Of a stretch of DNA of 64,000 bases, positions 1 through 14,500 are shown piece by piece. The notes beneath the pieces were generated by a model. The model searched no databases and was not told the origin of the DNA. It saw only the letters and a list, made by a program, of their open reading frames with translations. The position numbers and the translations under genes were made by a program. This stretch comes from the human T2T-CHM13v2.0 reference genome, Homo sapiens: NCBI RefSeq assembly GCF_009914755.1, contig NC_060935.1; one strand, given 5' to 3'. Position 1 is the first letter of the stretch. Each line of letters begins with the position of its first letter.

Positions 1-491
1 CTCAGGTTAAAAAGTTTTTTATGAAAAAGAAAGAATCTATAAAATCTCAAGCAAAGCTACATTTCCCAGCTTTATTTGTTTTACCATTATTGACATCCAA
101 AACACAAGTCACACATCAGCTTTGGAGATTAAGTCTCACTCTGTCCTTCTTGGTGTGTGTGTGAGTGTGTGTATGTGTTCTTCCCAAATTAAAGTAATAA
201 TTCTATTGCTTTGCAAAATACAAAACATAGGGATTATGGGAAAATGGCCAAGTTTATGGGAAAATGTGCTGGCTTATATATACCATTAGTCTCATTAATT
301 TAAAGCACTTTTCTGTGCTGCTATTTTTCTATTCCCTATCCTTTCATTCAGAAAGCACATATGGAGGCTTCCATAAAAGTATGTCAGCAGCTCCTTTACT
401 GAACCCTCTCTATGGACCCAGCACTGCCTTAGGCTTTATGAGACATGATTCTGGCACTCAAAGATCTCATATTCTAACTGGGATTAGTGGA

Positions 492-2966
492 TGATATGGT
501 TTGGAGCTATGTCCCTGCAAAATCTCATGTTGAAATATAATCCCCAGTTTTGGAGGTGGGATCTGGTGGGAGGTGTTTGGATCATGGTGGCCGATCCCTC
601 ATGAATGGCACAGTGCCATCTCCTTGGTGATAAGTGAGTTTATGACAGTTTGGGTTGTTTGAAAGTGTGTGGCACCTCCCTCCTTGCTCTCTTGCTTCTG
701 CTCTGGCCATGTGATATGCCTGCTCCCGCTTTGCCTTCTGTCATGAGTAAAAGCTCACTTAGGCCTCCCCAGAAGCCAAGCAGATGCCAGTGCTATGCTT
801 GTACAACTTGCAGAACCATTAACCAATTAAATCTCTTTTCTTTATAAATTACCCAGTCTCTGGTATTCCTTTACAGCAATACAAGAATGGCCTAATACAG
901 AAAATCAGTACTTAGGAGTGGGACATTGCTATAAAGATACTTGGAAATGTAGAAGCAGCTTTGGAACTGGGCAATGGGCAGAAGTTGGAGGAGTCTGGAG
1001 GACTCAGAAGAAGGCAGGAAGATGAGGGAGAGTTTGAAACTTCTTAGAGACTGCTTAAATAGTTGTAACCATAATGCTGATAGTGATATGGACAAGTGAA
1101 GTCCAGGCTGCTGAGGTCTCAGACAGAAATGAGGAACTGATTGGAAACTGGAGAAAGGTTACCCTTGTTATTCTGTAGCAAAGGACTTGGTGGTTATATT
1201 GTGTCCATGCCCTAGGGCTCTGTGGAAGTTTGACATTAAGAGTGACAACCTAGGGTATCTCGTGGAGGAATGCAGTGAAGCATTCAAGATATGGCCTGGC
1301 TACTTCTAACATCCTATAGTCAGAGGCAGGAGCAAAGAAATAACTTAAAATTGGAATTTATATTTAAAGGGGAAGCAGAGCTTAAACGTTTGGAAAATTT
1401 GCAGCCTGGCCATGTGGTAGAAAAAGAAAGCCCATTTTTCAGGGGAAGAATCTAAGTGGGCTGGGGAACAACCGCTTGCTAGAGATATTTGTATGGGTAA
1501 GAAAGAGCCAGGTGCTGATAGCCAAGATAATGGGAAAAAGGCCTGAAAGGAATTTCAGAGGTCTCTGAGGCAGCTCCTCCCATCACAGGCTCAGAGGCCT
1601 AGGAGGGCTGAATGGTTTCATGGGCCAGACCCAGGGCCCCATTGTCCTGTGTAGTCTTGGGAAACTGCTCCCACATCCTCGCTGTTCCAGCTCCAGCCAT
1701 GGCTCAAAGGGTCACAGATACAGCTCAGGCTGCTGCTTCAGAGGGTGCAAGCCATAAGCCTTGGAGAGTTCCATGTGGTGTTAAGCCTGTGGGCATGCAG
1801 AGTACAACAGTGAAGGAGGCTTGGCAGTCTCTCTATAGACTTCAGAGGATGTATGAGAAAGCCTGGGTGCTAGGCAGAAGACTGTGGCAGGGGCAATCCC
1901 TCACAGAGAACCTCTACTAGGGCAGTAGTATTGAGGGGGAAATGTGGGGTTGGAGGCCCCATGGAGACCCCACTGGGGCACTGCCTACTGGAGCTGTGAG
2001 AAGGGGACCACTGACCTCCCAACCCCAGGATAGTAGATCTACTGGCAGCTTTACATCTTGAGCCTAGAAAAGCTGTAGGCACTCAACTCCAACTAGGAAG
2101 TGCAGCCTTGGGGCTGAACCCTGGAAAGCCACAGGAGTGGAGCTGGCCAAGGCCTTGGGAACCCATCCTTGCTATATTATGTCTTGCATGTGGGACATGA
2201 AGTCAAAGGAGATTATTTTGGAGCTTAAAGATTTAATGACTTGAAGATTTAATGGAGCTTAAAGATTTAATGGGTTTCAGACTTGCGTGGAGCCTGTAGC
2301 CCCTTTGTTTTGGCCAATTTCTCTCTTTTGGAATGGGACTGTATACCCCATGTCTGTACCCACACTGTGTCTTGGAGGTAAATATATATTTTTTAATTTT
2401 ATAGGCTCATAGGTGTAAGGTACTTGCCTTGTTTCAGACTTTGGACTCTGGACTTTTTAATGAAGCTGAAACAAATTGTGGCTCTTGGGGAACTATTGGC
2501 AGGAGATTATTATATTTTGCAATGTGAGAAGAACATGGGATTTGGGGGGCCAGGGGCAGAATGATATGGTTTGGATCTGTGTCTCCACCAAATCTCATGT
2601 TGAAATATAATCCCCAGTGTTGGAGGTGGGGCATGGTGGGAGGTTTTTGGATCATGGGGGCAGATCTCTCATGAATGGCTTAATTGCATCTCTTTGATGA
2701 TGAGTGGGTTCATGCAAGATTGGATTGTTTAAAAGTGTGTGTCACCTTCCTCCCCCTCTTGCTCCTGCTCTGGCCATGTGACATGCCTACTCCCACTTCA
2801 TCTTCTATCATGAATAAAAGCTCCCTTAGGCCTCTCCAGAAGCTGATCAGATGCCAGCACCATGGTTGTACTGCCTGCAGAACTGTGAGCCAAATCAATC
2901 TCTTTTCTTTATAAATTATCTAATTTCAGATATTCCTTTATAGTCAGGCAAGAATGACCTAACACA
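492..2966 (+). mobile_element. Full-length ERVL-MaLR element, MSTB-type (LTR-internal-LTR)
   Basis: 5' LTR 492-899 (TGATATGGTTTGG...CTAATACA) and 3' LTR 2562-2966 are direct repeats. Internal region 900-2561 starts GAAAATCAGTAC and ends in the purine tract GGGGGGCCAGGGGCAGAA. 5-bp TSD GTGGA (487-491) / CTGGA (2967-2971). ORF 1612-1920 resembles a remnant of the MaLR internal ORF (CGVKP..AWQ..LQRMYEKAW). Confidence 0.93.
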
Positions 2967-3509
2967 CTGGACGTGCAAGGGAGACACCGGTAAACAAAGT
3001 GATACTGTCAAAAACCAAGTGCTCACATAAAAAAACAAATAAGGATCCAGAGGAGATGGAAGGTGTGCTTCCATTTCTAAGCCCTTGTTCATGCTTTTTC
3101 TTCCACTTTGAAAGCCACCCTCTTCCTTTAGAAATCCTGCCCATCCTTAAAAACTGGCCCAATGCCATTTTCTTTAAGATGCCTTTCCTTATCACTCTAG
3201 TCAGATTGATCTCTCCCAGCCCTGTAGTCTTATCTTTTTTTCTGTACTAATTCTACGGACGTTATTACATATGGGTTCTTATTATAAATATTTACATATA
3301 TTAGGAAAAAATATCTCCTTTGGTTCCCAAATGGCCAAAACCAGATTTTTTGTATCTTGGGATGTTCCACAGTATCAAAAACAGTGTCATTCATTTATTG
3401 AGTAGGTGATCAATATGCTCATTGAATGGATGATTATGTAATGAATGATTGAGTCACAGGATTTTGTATAAAAGCTACAAGGATATTTGTATTATTTATT
3501 ACAGTTTAC

Positions 3510-3700
3510 TAAGACCTTCCCCATATATTATATTTCTTAATTCTGTAAGGTAGTAATTATCATTGTCACCTTACATATCAGTTAACCAAGGATCAGAGAG
3601 GTTGAGAAACTTGTTTAACCTCAGAAAGCAAGTAAATGGCAGATCTGACATTTAAACCTAGGTCCTTTGGCTCCAGAAAAAAGTCCAGTACTCTTCCCAT
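3510..3700 (-). mobile_element. MIR fragment
   Basis: Degenerate MIR core (AAGGATCAGAGAGGTTGAGAAACTTG...AGTAAATGGCAGA...GGCTCCAGA); bounds approximate. Confidence 0.65.
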
Positions 3701-3713
3701 TTCCTCATTCTAC

Positions 3714-5084
<1,371 letters not shown>

Positions 5085-6154
5085 TCCTCATTCTACTTCT
5101 TATAGTTATTCACTATAGGGTTTATTTAAATGAATTTAAAAGCCTTTAGTAACTGGAGATTATAAGGAGTGTGAGGAAAGACTATTGAGGCTCTGAGTAT
5201 TCTTAAAAGGCTAATACACCAACTCATTTGTATATGTTTTAATGAATCCGATGCCATTTTAAGAACCAGTATCACCGATGTTTCACTGGATGTCTCAGAT
5301 TGAGGATCTCTTCAAATGATACAGCTCTTTATCTCTCTTCAGAAAGCAGCTGTTGGGTTCTTCATCTTGTTGCAGGAATTTTTTTTTTTTTTTTTGCAAA
5401 TATCAAACCTGCATTCATAAGTTAAAGTGTTGTGATATTTAATACATCAGTTGATGTTTTTAATAAATAAGGCTCTCTGCAGCTTTTCTGTTATGAATCA
5501 CAGTCTTCAACATTCATCCGAACGATGGATATTCGGCATGCCTTAAGTTCAAGTTTTTTGTTCTCTTATAGCCAAGTGGCTACAAAATAATAGTATCAAT
5601 CTACTTCACAGGCAGTCTGATAGAGTGTAAAAGGGCTTCACTTGGGTTCAGAAGATGTGAGTCAAGACATGAGTCAACTGTCCTTTCTTCCATTGAAAGG
5701 AGCTGTGTGATGCCAGGCAAATCCTTAATGGACGTGGGTCTTCTTTTCTCCATCTATGGAATGAAGGAATTGAAAAGTCTGATCTTTAAACTCCTTCCAG
5801 CTCTAATGTTCTAGGATTCATTTGGTCTTTTGTTGAACAAGAAAGCCCTATGCTTCCAAATGGTTATAGGAGCATTAATTTTAGACGATTAAAGACATCT
5901 CTCCTACTCGCAGGTCATGTGAGATTAAATAAATCGCTTAAGCTCTTCCTTGGTTTACTCATCTGAAAGGCAGGTATAATAATAACTACTATACAAGATT
6001 TTCAAAAGATGTTATAAGAAAGGCCTTTGTAAACTTCAGTATACCGTACACATATTCTTGGCTGCCTGCTGCTCAAATATAAAATGCAACTTTGTAATAT
6101 AAAAAATCTGAAATGATAAGAAAACATAATTCTAAGTATTCTTCTCGTATCCGT

Positions 6155-6720
6155 TTTTAATTATTTATTGTCATATAATATTTGATAAATACACGATAAT
6201 ATATATAACATATATGGAAGTTTTGCAGCATAATAATAAAATGAAAACTCATGACCCTACCACCCATCCTAGGTACTAAACCATTCTCAACATCAATGAA
6301 ACAGCCCTGTATGTTTTTCTCTGATCCAACCCTCTACTTTCCTACTAGAGTTTGCATTTTTAACCATCTAAAATATGTTTACCACATATGTATGTATTCC
6401 TGAAGAGTATGTTATTTAGTTTTGCTTGTTTTTTTTTCCTTTGGTTAAAAAATGACATGATAGTGTATGTAGTCTTCTGAGACTTTCTGTTTTTCCCCAC
6501 TTAAGGTTATATTTTTATCATTAAGCTGTATTGTATCTTGTACACCTAGATCATACATTTTTGCTGTTGCATAATATTCCATTCTGTAACTCTGCCACAT
6601 AGTATTTATCCATTTTCATGAAAGTGAACAGTTAGGTTGTTTGCAGTGCTTTTACTGTTGAAACCATAAAACTAAAGCAGCCATGAGCAAGGTGTACTCT
6701 CCTGGTGCACATGAATAATT
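6155..6720 (-). mobile_element. Old L1M (L1ME-like) 3' fragment
   Basis: T-rich, with degenerate L1M 3' motifs (GCATAATATTCCATT...TATTTATCCATT...TTAGGTTGTTT). Confidence 0.6.
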
Positions 6721-6875
6721 GTTCCCGCTTCCATCTATGCTTAATTTTTCTCCTTAATATTTCTTACTATTTAGCATTATGGGCGCATGCACCCACACAC
6801 ATACATAACATATCTCAAGGTTTTGTATATAAGTATATACAGGCATACACGCACATGCACACACACTAGTCAAAA

Positions 6876-7192
6876 ATCAAAAATCCACAGGTGCTCAAGT
6901 ACCTGATATAAAATTGCATTTGCACAAAAAATTAGCTGGGCACGGTGGCGGGCACCTGTAGTCCCAGCTACTCGGGAGGCTGAGGCAAGAGAATGGCATG
7001 AACCCGGGAGGCGGATCTTGCAGGGATCAGAGATTGCGCCACTGCACTCCAGCCTGGGCGACAGAGCAAGACTGTCTCAAAAAAAAAAAAAAAAATTGTA
7101 TTTGCATATAACATATGTACATCCTCCTGTGTACTTTAAATCATCTCTAGATTACTTTTAATACCTAATACAATGTAATGCGATGTAAATAT
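6876..7192. mobile_element. MER2-like (TcMar-Tigger) DNA transposon fragment, interrupted by an Alu
   Basis: CAAAATCCACAGGTGCTCAAGT...TATATAAAAT and TACTTTAAATCATCTCTAGATTACT...ATACCTAATACAATG match MER2. Confidence 0.8.
6925..7091 (+). mobile_element. 5'-truncated AluY-like element
   Basis: Right arm with GAATGGCATGAACCCGGG and a polyA tail; TSD AAAATTG(C/T)ATTTGCA at 6910-6924 and 7092-7106. Confidence 0.9.
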
Positions 7193-8544
7193 ATATATTC
7201 ACACACGCACAAATAATTAGCTGGATTCACAGTTGGAATATAATATTTTTGTCTATTTTTTCCCTGCTGTATTCTCAGTACCTAGAAAAGGTACTCAGAA
7301 AGGGCTCAGAAAATATTGAATGGATGAATTAACGAATAGGGTTTTGTTGCTTGATTGTTAAATAAATAAATTATCATGTTAGGACTTACTGTTGATGCAG
7401 AAATCATCATGGAATATTGAAAAGACACTGAATAAGTGTCTTCTCTCTACATTCAGTTATTCAGTGTGCTTAGGTTATAGTCCCAGATCTGCCACCAACT
7501 AGCTGTGAAACTTTGGGCAAGTTACTCAATCTTTCTGATTCTGATTATGAATATTTATATGAAGTTAATAGTAATTTCTGTGTATTGTGATGATTGGCAT
7601 GTGATATTTATACAAATGCTTTATGAACCATGAACTGATACATAAGTACATGCTGGTTGTCATTATTCCTATGGTAAATGTTCCTCACATTTACTGAGAT
7701 TTAAAAAATAAGCATGAAGTTACTTGGTTTCACGTCAAGAATTTTTGAGGTTGGGCAAGCAGACTAAGAGAAAAATAAGAGACTGGAGAGAGTGAAAAAG
7801 CCCAGCTCTGGGGGCCTAATCTGGTACACTTTGTTTTGGATGTGCAGTACCAAGCTTTTGCTGCAAAATCAAGCTATTTTTAACCTCAAGTAAGCATAAA
7901 GAATCTTTTTTAAAGTAGGGCAACCAAGATAGTGTGTTACCCTTTCCAATAAGCCTGCCTAAATGAAATATTCATCTTTTATGTCAAAATAAGAAGTGAT
8001 ATATATAGTTGAGCACTAAGAAGGGATAGAGTCTTCTGAGGGTGAATCCTTCAAAAGTCCTGCATATAAAATAACTATAGCAGAAATATCCATTAATATT
8101 GAATTAAATTTCTACATTGTAGATAAATGAGATTTTCTCTTTTTTTCTTTTATCTCAGACTCTCATGAACGGGCAAAGGCAGAGGTGGTGATGTCTGAGA
8201 GAAGTTTTTTACCTCCCTGTTTCCAGAGTAGTGCAATGGAAAAAACACCCCTGGATTTGTGCTGCTCAAAATTAATAGCTTTGGCCTCCACTTTATCATC
8301 TGTAAAATGGATTAATAAGAGAATATTGTCCCACTCCTAGTGGTGTAAGAATTAAGTATAATAATGTGGGTGAAAGCCCTGTGTAAACTGTACAGCGGGA
8401 TGCAGATGCTGATGTTATGAGATCAGGATCAAGAGACCGAAGCTCAAAGCAAATGTGTGTATTTGTATTCTGAGAACCAGACCCTGGGGAAAAGCATGAA
8501 GTGAGCCTTTTACCACTGACTTCTTCCTGTCGCCCGTGCCTTTT

Positions 8545-8882
8545 TTTGTTGTTGTTTGTTTGTTTTTTTGTTTTGTTTTGTTTCCGAGACAGAGTCTTGG
8601 TCTGTCGCCCAGCCCAGAGTGCATGGCGCGATCTCGGCTCACTGCAACCACCACCTCCCAGGTTTAAGCAATTCTGCCTCAGCCTCAGAGTAGCTGGGAT
8701 TACCGACGCACGCCGCTACGTCCAGCTAATTTTTGTGGGGTTTTTTGTTTGTTTGTTTGTTTTAGTAGAGACGGGGATTTCACCATGTTAGCCAGGCTGG
8801 TCTCAAGCTCCTGACCTCGTGATCCGCCCACCTTGGCCTCCCAAAGTGCTGGGATTACAGGCGTGAGCCACCGCGCCCAGCC
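8545..8882 (-). mobile_element. AluS (Sc/Sg-like)
   Basis: Full dimer; TSD GCCCGTGCCTTTT at 8532-8544 and 8883-8895; tail and linker converted to GTT/GTTT microsatellites. Confidence 0.92.
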
Positions 8883-10152
8883 GCCCGTGCCTTTTATGAG
8901 GTCTTCCTTCTTTCTCCCTCATCTCATCTTTCTCATGTGTTCCTGGCACTTCCGTTTAGCCACTTACTGAAGGTCTTCTTCAGCACAGACTTGGCAGTTT
9001 TGTTTCCCTGGAACCGAAGTCCCCCCTGCCCTACGCATCTATCCTGTGTTCCCTTTCCCCCACAGTTTTGGCCCTGGCCTCTCCTTCCTAAAGCAATATC
9101 AAGGACAGCAGAGGGGGAGCCCAAAGCGTTATTTGGCTTCATGTTCACTCAGAGCCGCAAGTACTGAGTTTTGATACAATCTCTGGTTGAGTTTTGCATG
9201 GTCACAGAGATCCACTGATAAGACTGAGGAAGAAAAGGTCCACCTTTTCTTTAAAAAGCTAAACTAAAGCTTTAACTTTTTTACAAGTTGCACACAGGTG
9301 TTTTGACATTTTTACATATGCCAGGAACCATTTGGAAAAAGCACAGGCCTCTCTCACTCTTTGACAAGGTCTGGGTGATAGAGTTACTATGAGATCATTG
9401 TTAATAGATGCTCATGGAGTAGTGTCTATGGTTTTAATTCCGTGTTTCATAGTCACAGTGAGAATTTCAATAGATCAGTTAGGAGAAGAAACAGTGGATT
9501 CCTTAAGAAAAAAAGAGGTGTTTAAAAACTTTTTTTAAAAAATGAAGTATGAATAGCCATGTATGGATTGGAGCTGGAACAGAAAGCCAGCTCTAGGGGC
9601 CTTCTGCCTTCTTGACTCTCTCTTTTGGCCCCATATAGTTTCTCTCTTACTGTCTCAGCTTCTCTCCACATTCTTTTCCATTCGCTTCTCCGTATTTCCT
9701 GAGCCAAATTCCAGAGGAACTTAGCTTGGCTAGCTTAGCTCATTCTACTGCCATTGTTGGGTGAGACCCTTTGAATAAAGCCACCCACTGGTTTCCGGTC
9801 CACCTACTCTTGATTCAACCAGCAACCAGTGCTTTGTGGTGAACAACCTGGCCCTGCCTCCGTGGGAAGAGCTGAGAGTCTGCAGGTTTCCAGTAGAACA
9901 GAAATATGAGTAACAGATCCAGGACACCAAAGTGTCAGGTCCCATTGAGCATGAAGGAGAGAAATTGCTTTGAGCAGATCAATGTCTCAGCTTGAAAGGC
10001 CCCCGCAAGACACAACTGCACAGCCCCATTTCCTCCCACCTCTACCATGAAAGATTGTTCCTGCAGATTAGACATAAGTCTGTCTCTCAAATATGTATTC
10101 CATTTCCCAAAGACTCCAAAAAGTGGGCAAATCATTCTGGTCTTGGGGCTGA

Positions 10153-10483
<331 letters not shown>

Positions 10484-11700
10484 GGAAGGCTCTTTCATAA
10501 AAATAAAGCAGCTCAAAGGAATTCACTTAAGATTGTTAGAATTTGGATCCAATATTGAATTTTTTTTCCATCTCAAATCCTAGATCCTATTCTTCCGCTT
10601 GCCAGTTGTGGAACATTGAAAAAGTTATTTAAGTCTCAGTGGTTTCATCTGTGTAATGGCCGTAATGCTAGTATCCACTTCTACATTTTTGTGAGGATAA
10701 AATGAGAGAGCACATGGAAATGCCAAGCTTAGTTCCTGGCACATAGCAAGTATTCAATAGATTTCACCTGTTTTTATTGCTTCTGCTTGATTGCCTCATT
10801 TATTATCTCTCCAAATATGTCATTTAATCAACATTTTTTGAAGGCTTACTCTGAGAGATATTTCACTGAAGCACTTAAGGCACCCCAAAATTACTTAAAA
10901 TACCCAAAATGAAAGTGATTTAAAAATTTTAACAACCATCTTAACAACCATTAGCATTTACGCTAATGTTTTCAGCAAAGTCTTTCTCTACAAATGCAGA
11001 ATCTTATTATATAATATGAGTAAATTCTGGTATGCTCTAAGCTACAAACTAAATAATCTTTTTAAGTTTATAATTGTGAATCTATGTAACTGAGATGGAA
11101 TTTTATTCAAAAAGTAATTTTTAAATAATGATAAAAGTTCATAGCATTGAAATAGATTGAGAAATTGTGCTGAAAGAGACAATGTCAAACTTTAGAAAGC
11201 ACACACAGCTTAAAAGTTGTGAATCTGTGTAATTTTTGCATGACATTTCTTCTCAAAATAAATATAACACTTTTTTTCCCTTGAATGAAAAATTCTGTGC
11301 TAACTCATATCCTCCCAAACATTTCTTGCCCACAATAACTTATCAGTGTGTGTACAGGATGGAGGAAAAAAATGCTAAGGAAGTAGTTTTCAGTTTCAAG
11401 TTTCCAAAGGGTTATTATAAACAACCATCAGTGTGTTTGAACAATGGGGCTTTTTAGTTAATTTAATTTTTTGCTTACCTTTGGATTGGCCTAAATACTT
11501 TTTCATTTTAATCCATGCTAAAATGCACTGGAGTATGGTTAACATAAATGAATCTTAGATAGTTTGGGGCGCTGGGTCATGAGCAAGAATGCTAATTCTC
11601 ACATAGGCATTCAAAAAACTTTTGTTGACTGAATGTGCTAAACTGTACATGTACATGGTCCATGGGCAGAGGATGTGTTAACTGAAGGACATCTCTAGAA

Positions 11701-11969
11701 CAAGGCTTTCAAACATATTTTAGAGAAACCCACATTAAAAAAAATTTTTTTCTATCACAACCCATTACCAATAAATATACGTGTGTGTGTGTATTCACAT
11801 AAAGAGTTGAGACAAAAATTTTGCAAAAATATAACTACCAGCTACAAAGTATTCTGATAATTATCTTTTTAAAATTGTCTTTCATTTTTCAAAAGGGATG
11901 CTATTTGTGACTCACTGAATTGGTTTTATGATCTACCAGTGGATTATGACCTGTAGTTTGAAAAACATT
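11701..11969. mobile_element. hAT-Charlie-like non-autonomous DNA transposon (MER-type)
   Basis: Degenerate terminal inverted repeats CAAGGCTTTCAAAC ... GTTTGAAAAACATT. Confidence 0.55.
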
Positions 11970-12364
11970 TTTAAAAGCATATTTCTTACATTAGCATGCG
12001 TTGTTATTTTGCATAATTTACCTAAGCATTGAACCCTGAGAAAAAAGCTTTTGTGGTTATTTTCTTTTGTAGATTTTTCCAACTTTGGAAAATTGGAACT
12101 AAATTTCTTGGTTAATACTGATTTTTAAATTTAGATTAACTTAAATTAGCTTTTGGTTACTGTACTTCAAAAACAATCTATTCCAAAGACCTGAATTTAA
12201 AGAAATTGCTTAAATTTGTTTTACCAAAGTATCCAAACGTGAAATAATAGGTTTACACCTATCTGAAACATGAAATAATTCAATGATTAATGAAAGCCTT
12301 TAAAAAATAGGAAATTATTAATTAGGGATTACAGTAAAAATAATGACCTTAAAGTGTCTGACAT

Positions 12365-12650
12365 GCCGGGCGTGGTGGCTCACTCCTGTAATCCCAGCAC
12401 TTTGGAAGGCTGAGGTGTGAGGATCCCTTGAGCCCAGAAATTCGAGACCAGCCATGAGCAACATGTTAAGACCCTGTCTCTACAAAAAAGTACAAAAATT
12501 AGCTGGGCGTGGTGGCGCACACCTTGGAGGCTGAGGTGGGAGGATCACTGGATCCCAGGATGCAGAGATTGCAGTGAGCCAAGATCATGCCGCTGCACCT
12601 GGGTGACAGAGCAAGACCCAGTTTCAGAAAGAAAAGAAAAGACAAGAAGA
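12365..12650 (+). mobile_element. AluJ with small internal deletions
   Basis: Starts GCCGGGCGTGGTGGCTCA; A-rich linker; GAAAA-type tail. Confidence 0.9.
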
Positions 12651-12665
12651 TTAAAAACTAATCTG

Positions 12666-12820
12666 AGCCAGGTGAGTGGTGTGCACTCGTAGTCTCAGCT
12701 ATTCAGAAGGCTGAAGTAGGAAGATCGCTTGGGTCCACGAGTTCAAGACCAACCTGGGCAATGTATCGAGACACTACCTTAAAACAAAACAAAACAAAGC
12801 AAAACAGCAATCAAAAAAAC
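12666..12820 (+). mobile_element. FLAM-like Alu monomer
   Basis: Left-arm-type monomer ending in an (AAAAC)n tail. Confidence 0.8.
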
Positions 12821-13114
12821 CCAATATGAGAAAAAAGTACCTCATCAAGCTACTGAATAACTTGAGCACACTCTAGCATCTGTTCTGTTGCTTATTTGTT
12901 TTTGCTTTTACTGGCATCAGGAATTATTTCTATAGTTCCTCTGGTATGTTCCCCTGACATGGGATATGCCAGGCACATGTTCTTAAAAACAATTTCTTAA
13001 CATAAAGAAATTTCGCATTTCAAATCCTTAAGAGTTGGAGAACTTAAAATCTCATACTGGAATGAAAATTGCTTCTTCTGCTTTCAAAGGCCTTTTGATT
13101 AAGGGCTTACTTAC

Positions 13115-13222
13115 TACCCTGTCTCTACTAAAAATACAAAAAGTTAGCTGGGCATGGTGGTGCACGCAGGTGGTCCCAGCTACTCGGGAGGCTGAGACAG
13201 GAGAATCGCTTGAACCCAGAGG
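13115..13222 (+). mobile_element. Internal Alu fragment (linker plus start of right arm), no tail and no TSD
   Basis: ACCCTGTCTCTACTAAAAATACAAAAA...GAGAATCGCTTGAACCCAGAGG, followed by unique DNA. Confidence 0.9.
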
Positions 13223-13960
13223 CCAATATAGTGGGGGTGGGGGACAGAGATGGCTCTTAAAGGCAATGATTTGGCCAGTTGTCAGGTTCAGGAGAGTTCT
13301 ATTAAGGAGACAAGCTCCCAGGTGTTTATTGGGTGCCTATGGAGTTTTAGCCAGTCTTCTGCTTCTAAAACTATTAAATATTAAGCTACCTTGGGATGCA
13401 TTGCAGAACCTCATTTTATTTTTCCCCTGTGGCTTCCATGTGGCCCTTTATATGGCCTAAGTGGGGCAGTTATGAACCACATCCCCTCTCACCAGGCACA
13501 GTGTGTTCCTGGTGCCGGAGAGGTGGTGGGGCAGGTCTGAAGTCTCATGGGAAGCAAATACTCAGTCCACATTGATTCCCAGGCCTGACTCAAAAGGGCT
13601 GTGTGATTTGAGGAATTACCCTCATTGTGCTTCCCCATTCTCAGAGAGTAAAACCACAGGGCAGTTCTGGCTGACGGGTTTGCACCTATCTGGTGTCTGC
13701 TCCACTGTTTCTGTCATGTTGAGTCACAGGGCATTCATTAGTGACTGCCTTGTGCAGTGCAATGATGTAGTGAGGAGTCCGTAGCCCTGGGCCTGAGTGG
13801 GTTGATCCTGGTGGGAATTTCAGTTGTGGAGCACTGGCTCTGTGAGGCTGGACACATTACTTTAGTCTTCCAAGCACCTTAAGTTTCTTCATCTAGAAAA
13901 TGGAAACAATAGTATCTACCAAGTAAGCTTGTTGAGAAGATTAAATAAAAACTAACAAGT

Positions 13961-14264
13961 GGCTGGGTGCAGTGGCTCACGCCTGTAATCCCAGCACTTT
14001 GGGAGACTGAGGTGGGCGGATCACTTGAAGTCAGGAGTTCGAGACCAGCCTGGCCAACATGGTGAAACCCTGTTCTATTAAAAATACAAAAAATCAGCTG
14101 GGCGTGGTGGTGCACGCCGGTGGTCCCAGCTACTTGGGAGGCTGAGACAGGAGAAACGCTTGAACCCGGAGGTGAAGGTCGCAGCGAACCGAGATCGTGC
14201 CACTGCACTCTAGCCTGGGTGTCAGAGACTGTGTTTCAAGAACAACAACAACAGCAACGACAAC
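13961..14264 (+). mobile_element. AluS (Sx/Sz-like) between MIR fragments
   Basis: Full dimer with a (CAA)n tail; imperfect TSD AAAAACTAACAAGT (13947-13960) / AAAAGCTAACACGT (14265-14278). Confidence 0.92.
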
Positions 14265-14279
14265 AAAAGCTAACACGTA

Positions 14280-14500
14280 TCAAAGGCTTGTGTGCCAAGT
14301 ACTGTTCTAAGCACTTTTTAGCTTTACATGTGTTAACTCCATGAATATTTACAGCAACTCTATGAGGTAGTTGCTGTCATCATTTCCATCTTACAGAGGA
14401 GGAAACCAAGGTTGATTTGCATAAGATCACACAAGTAGGAGGTGGCAGAGCAAGGATTAGAATCCAGGCAGCCTGACGCCAGAACCTATGCTCTTAATGC
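14280..14500 (-). mobile_element. MIR
   Basis: CATTTCCATCTTACAGAGGAGGAAACCAAGG...AAGATCACACAAGTAG core. Confidence 0.8.
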
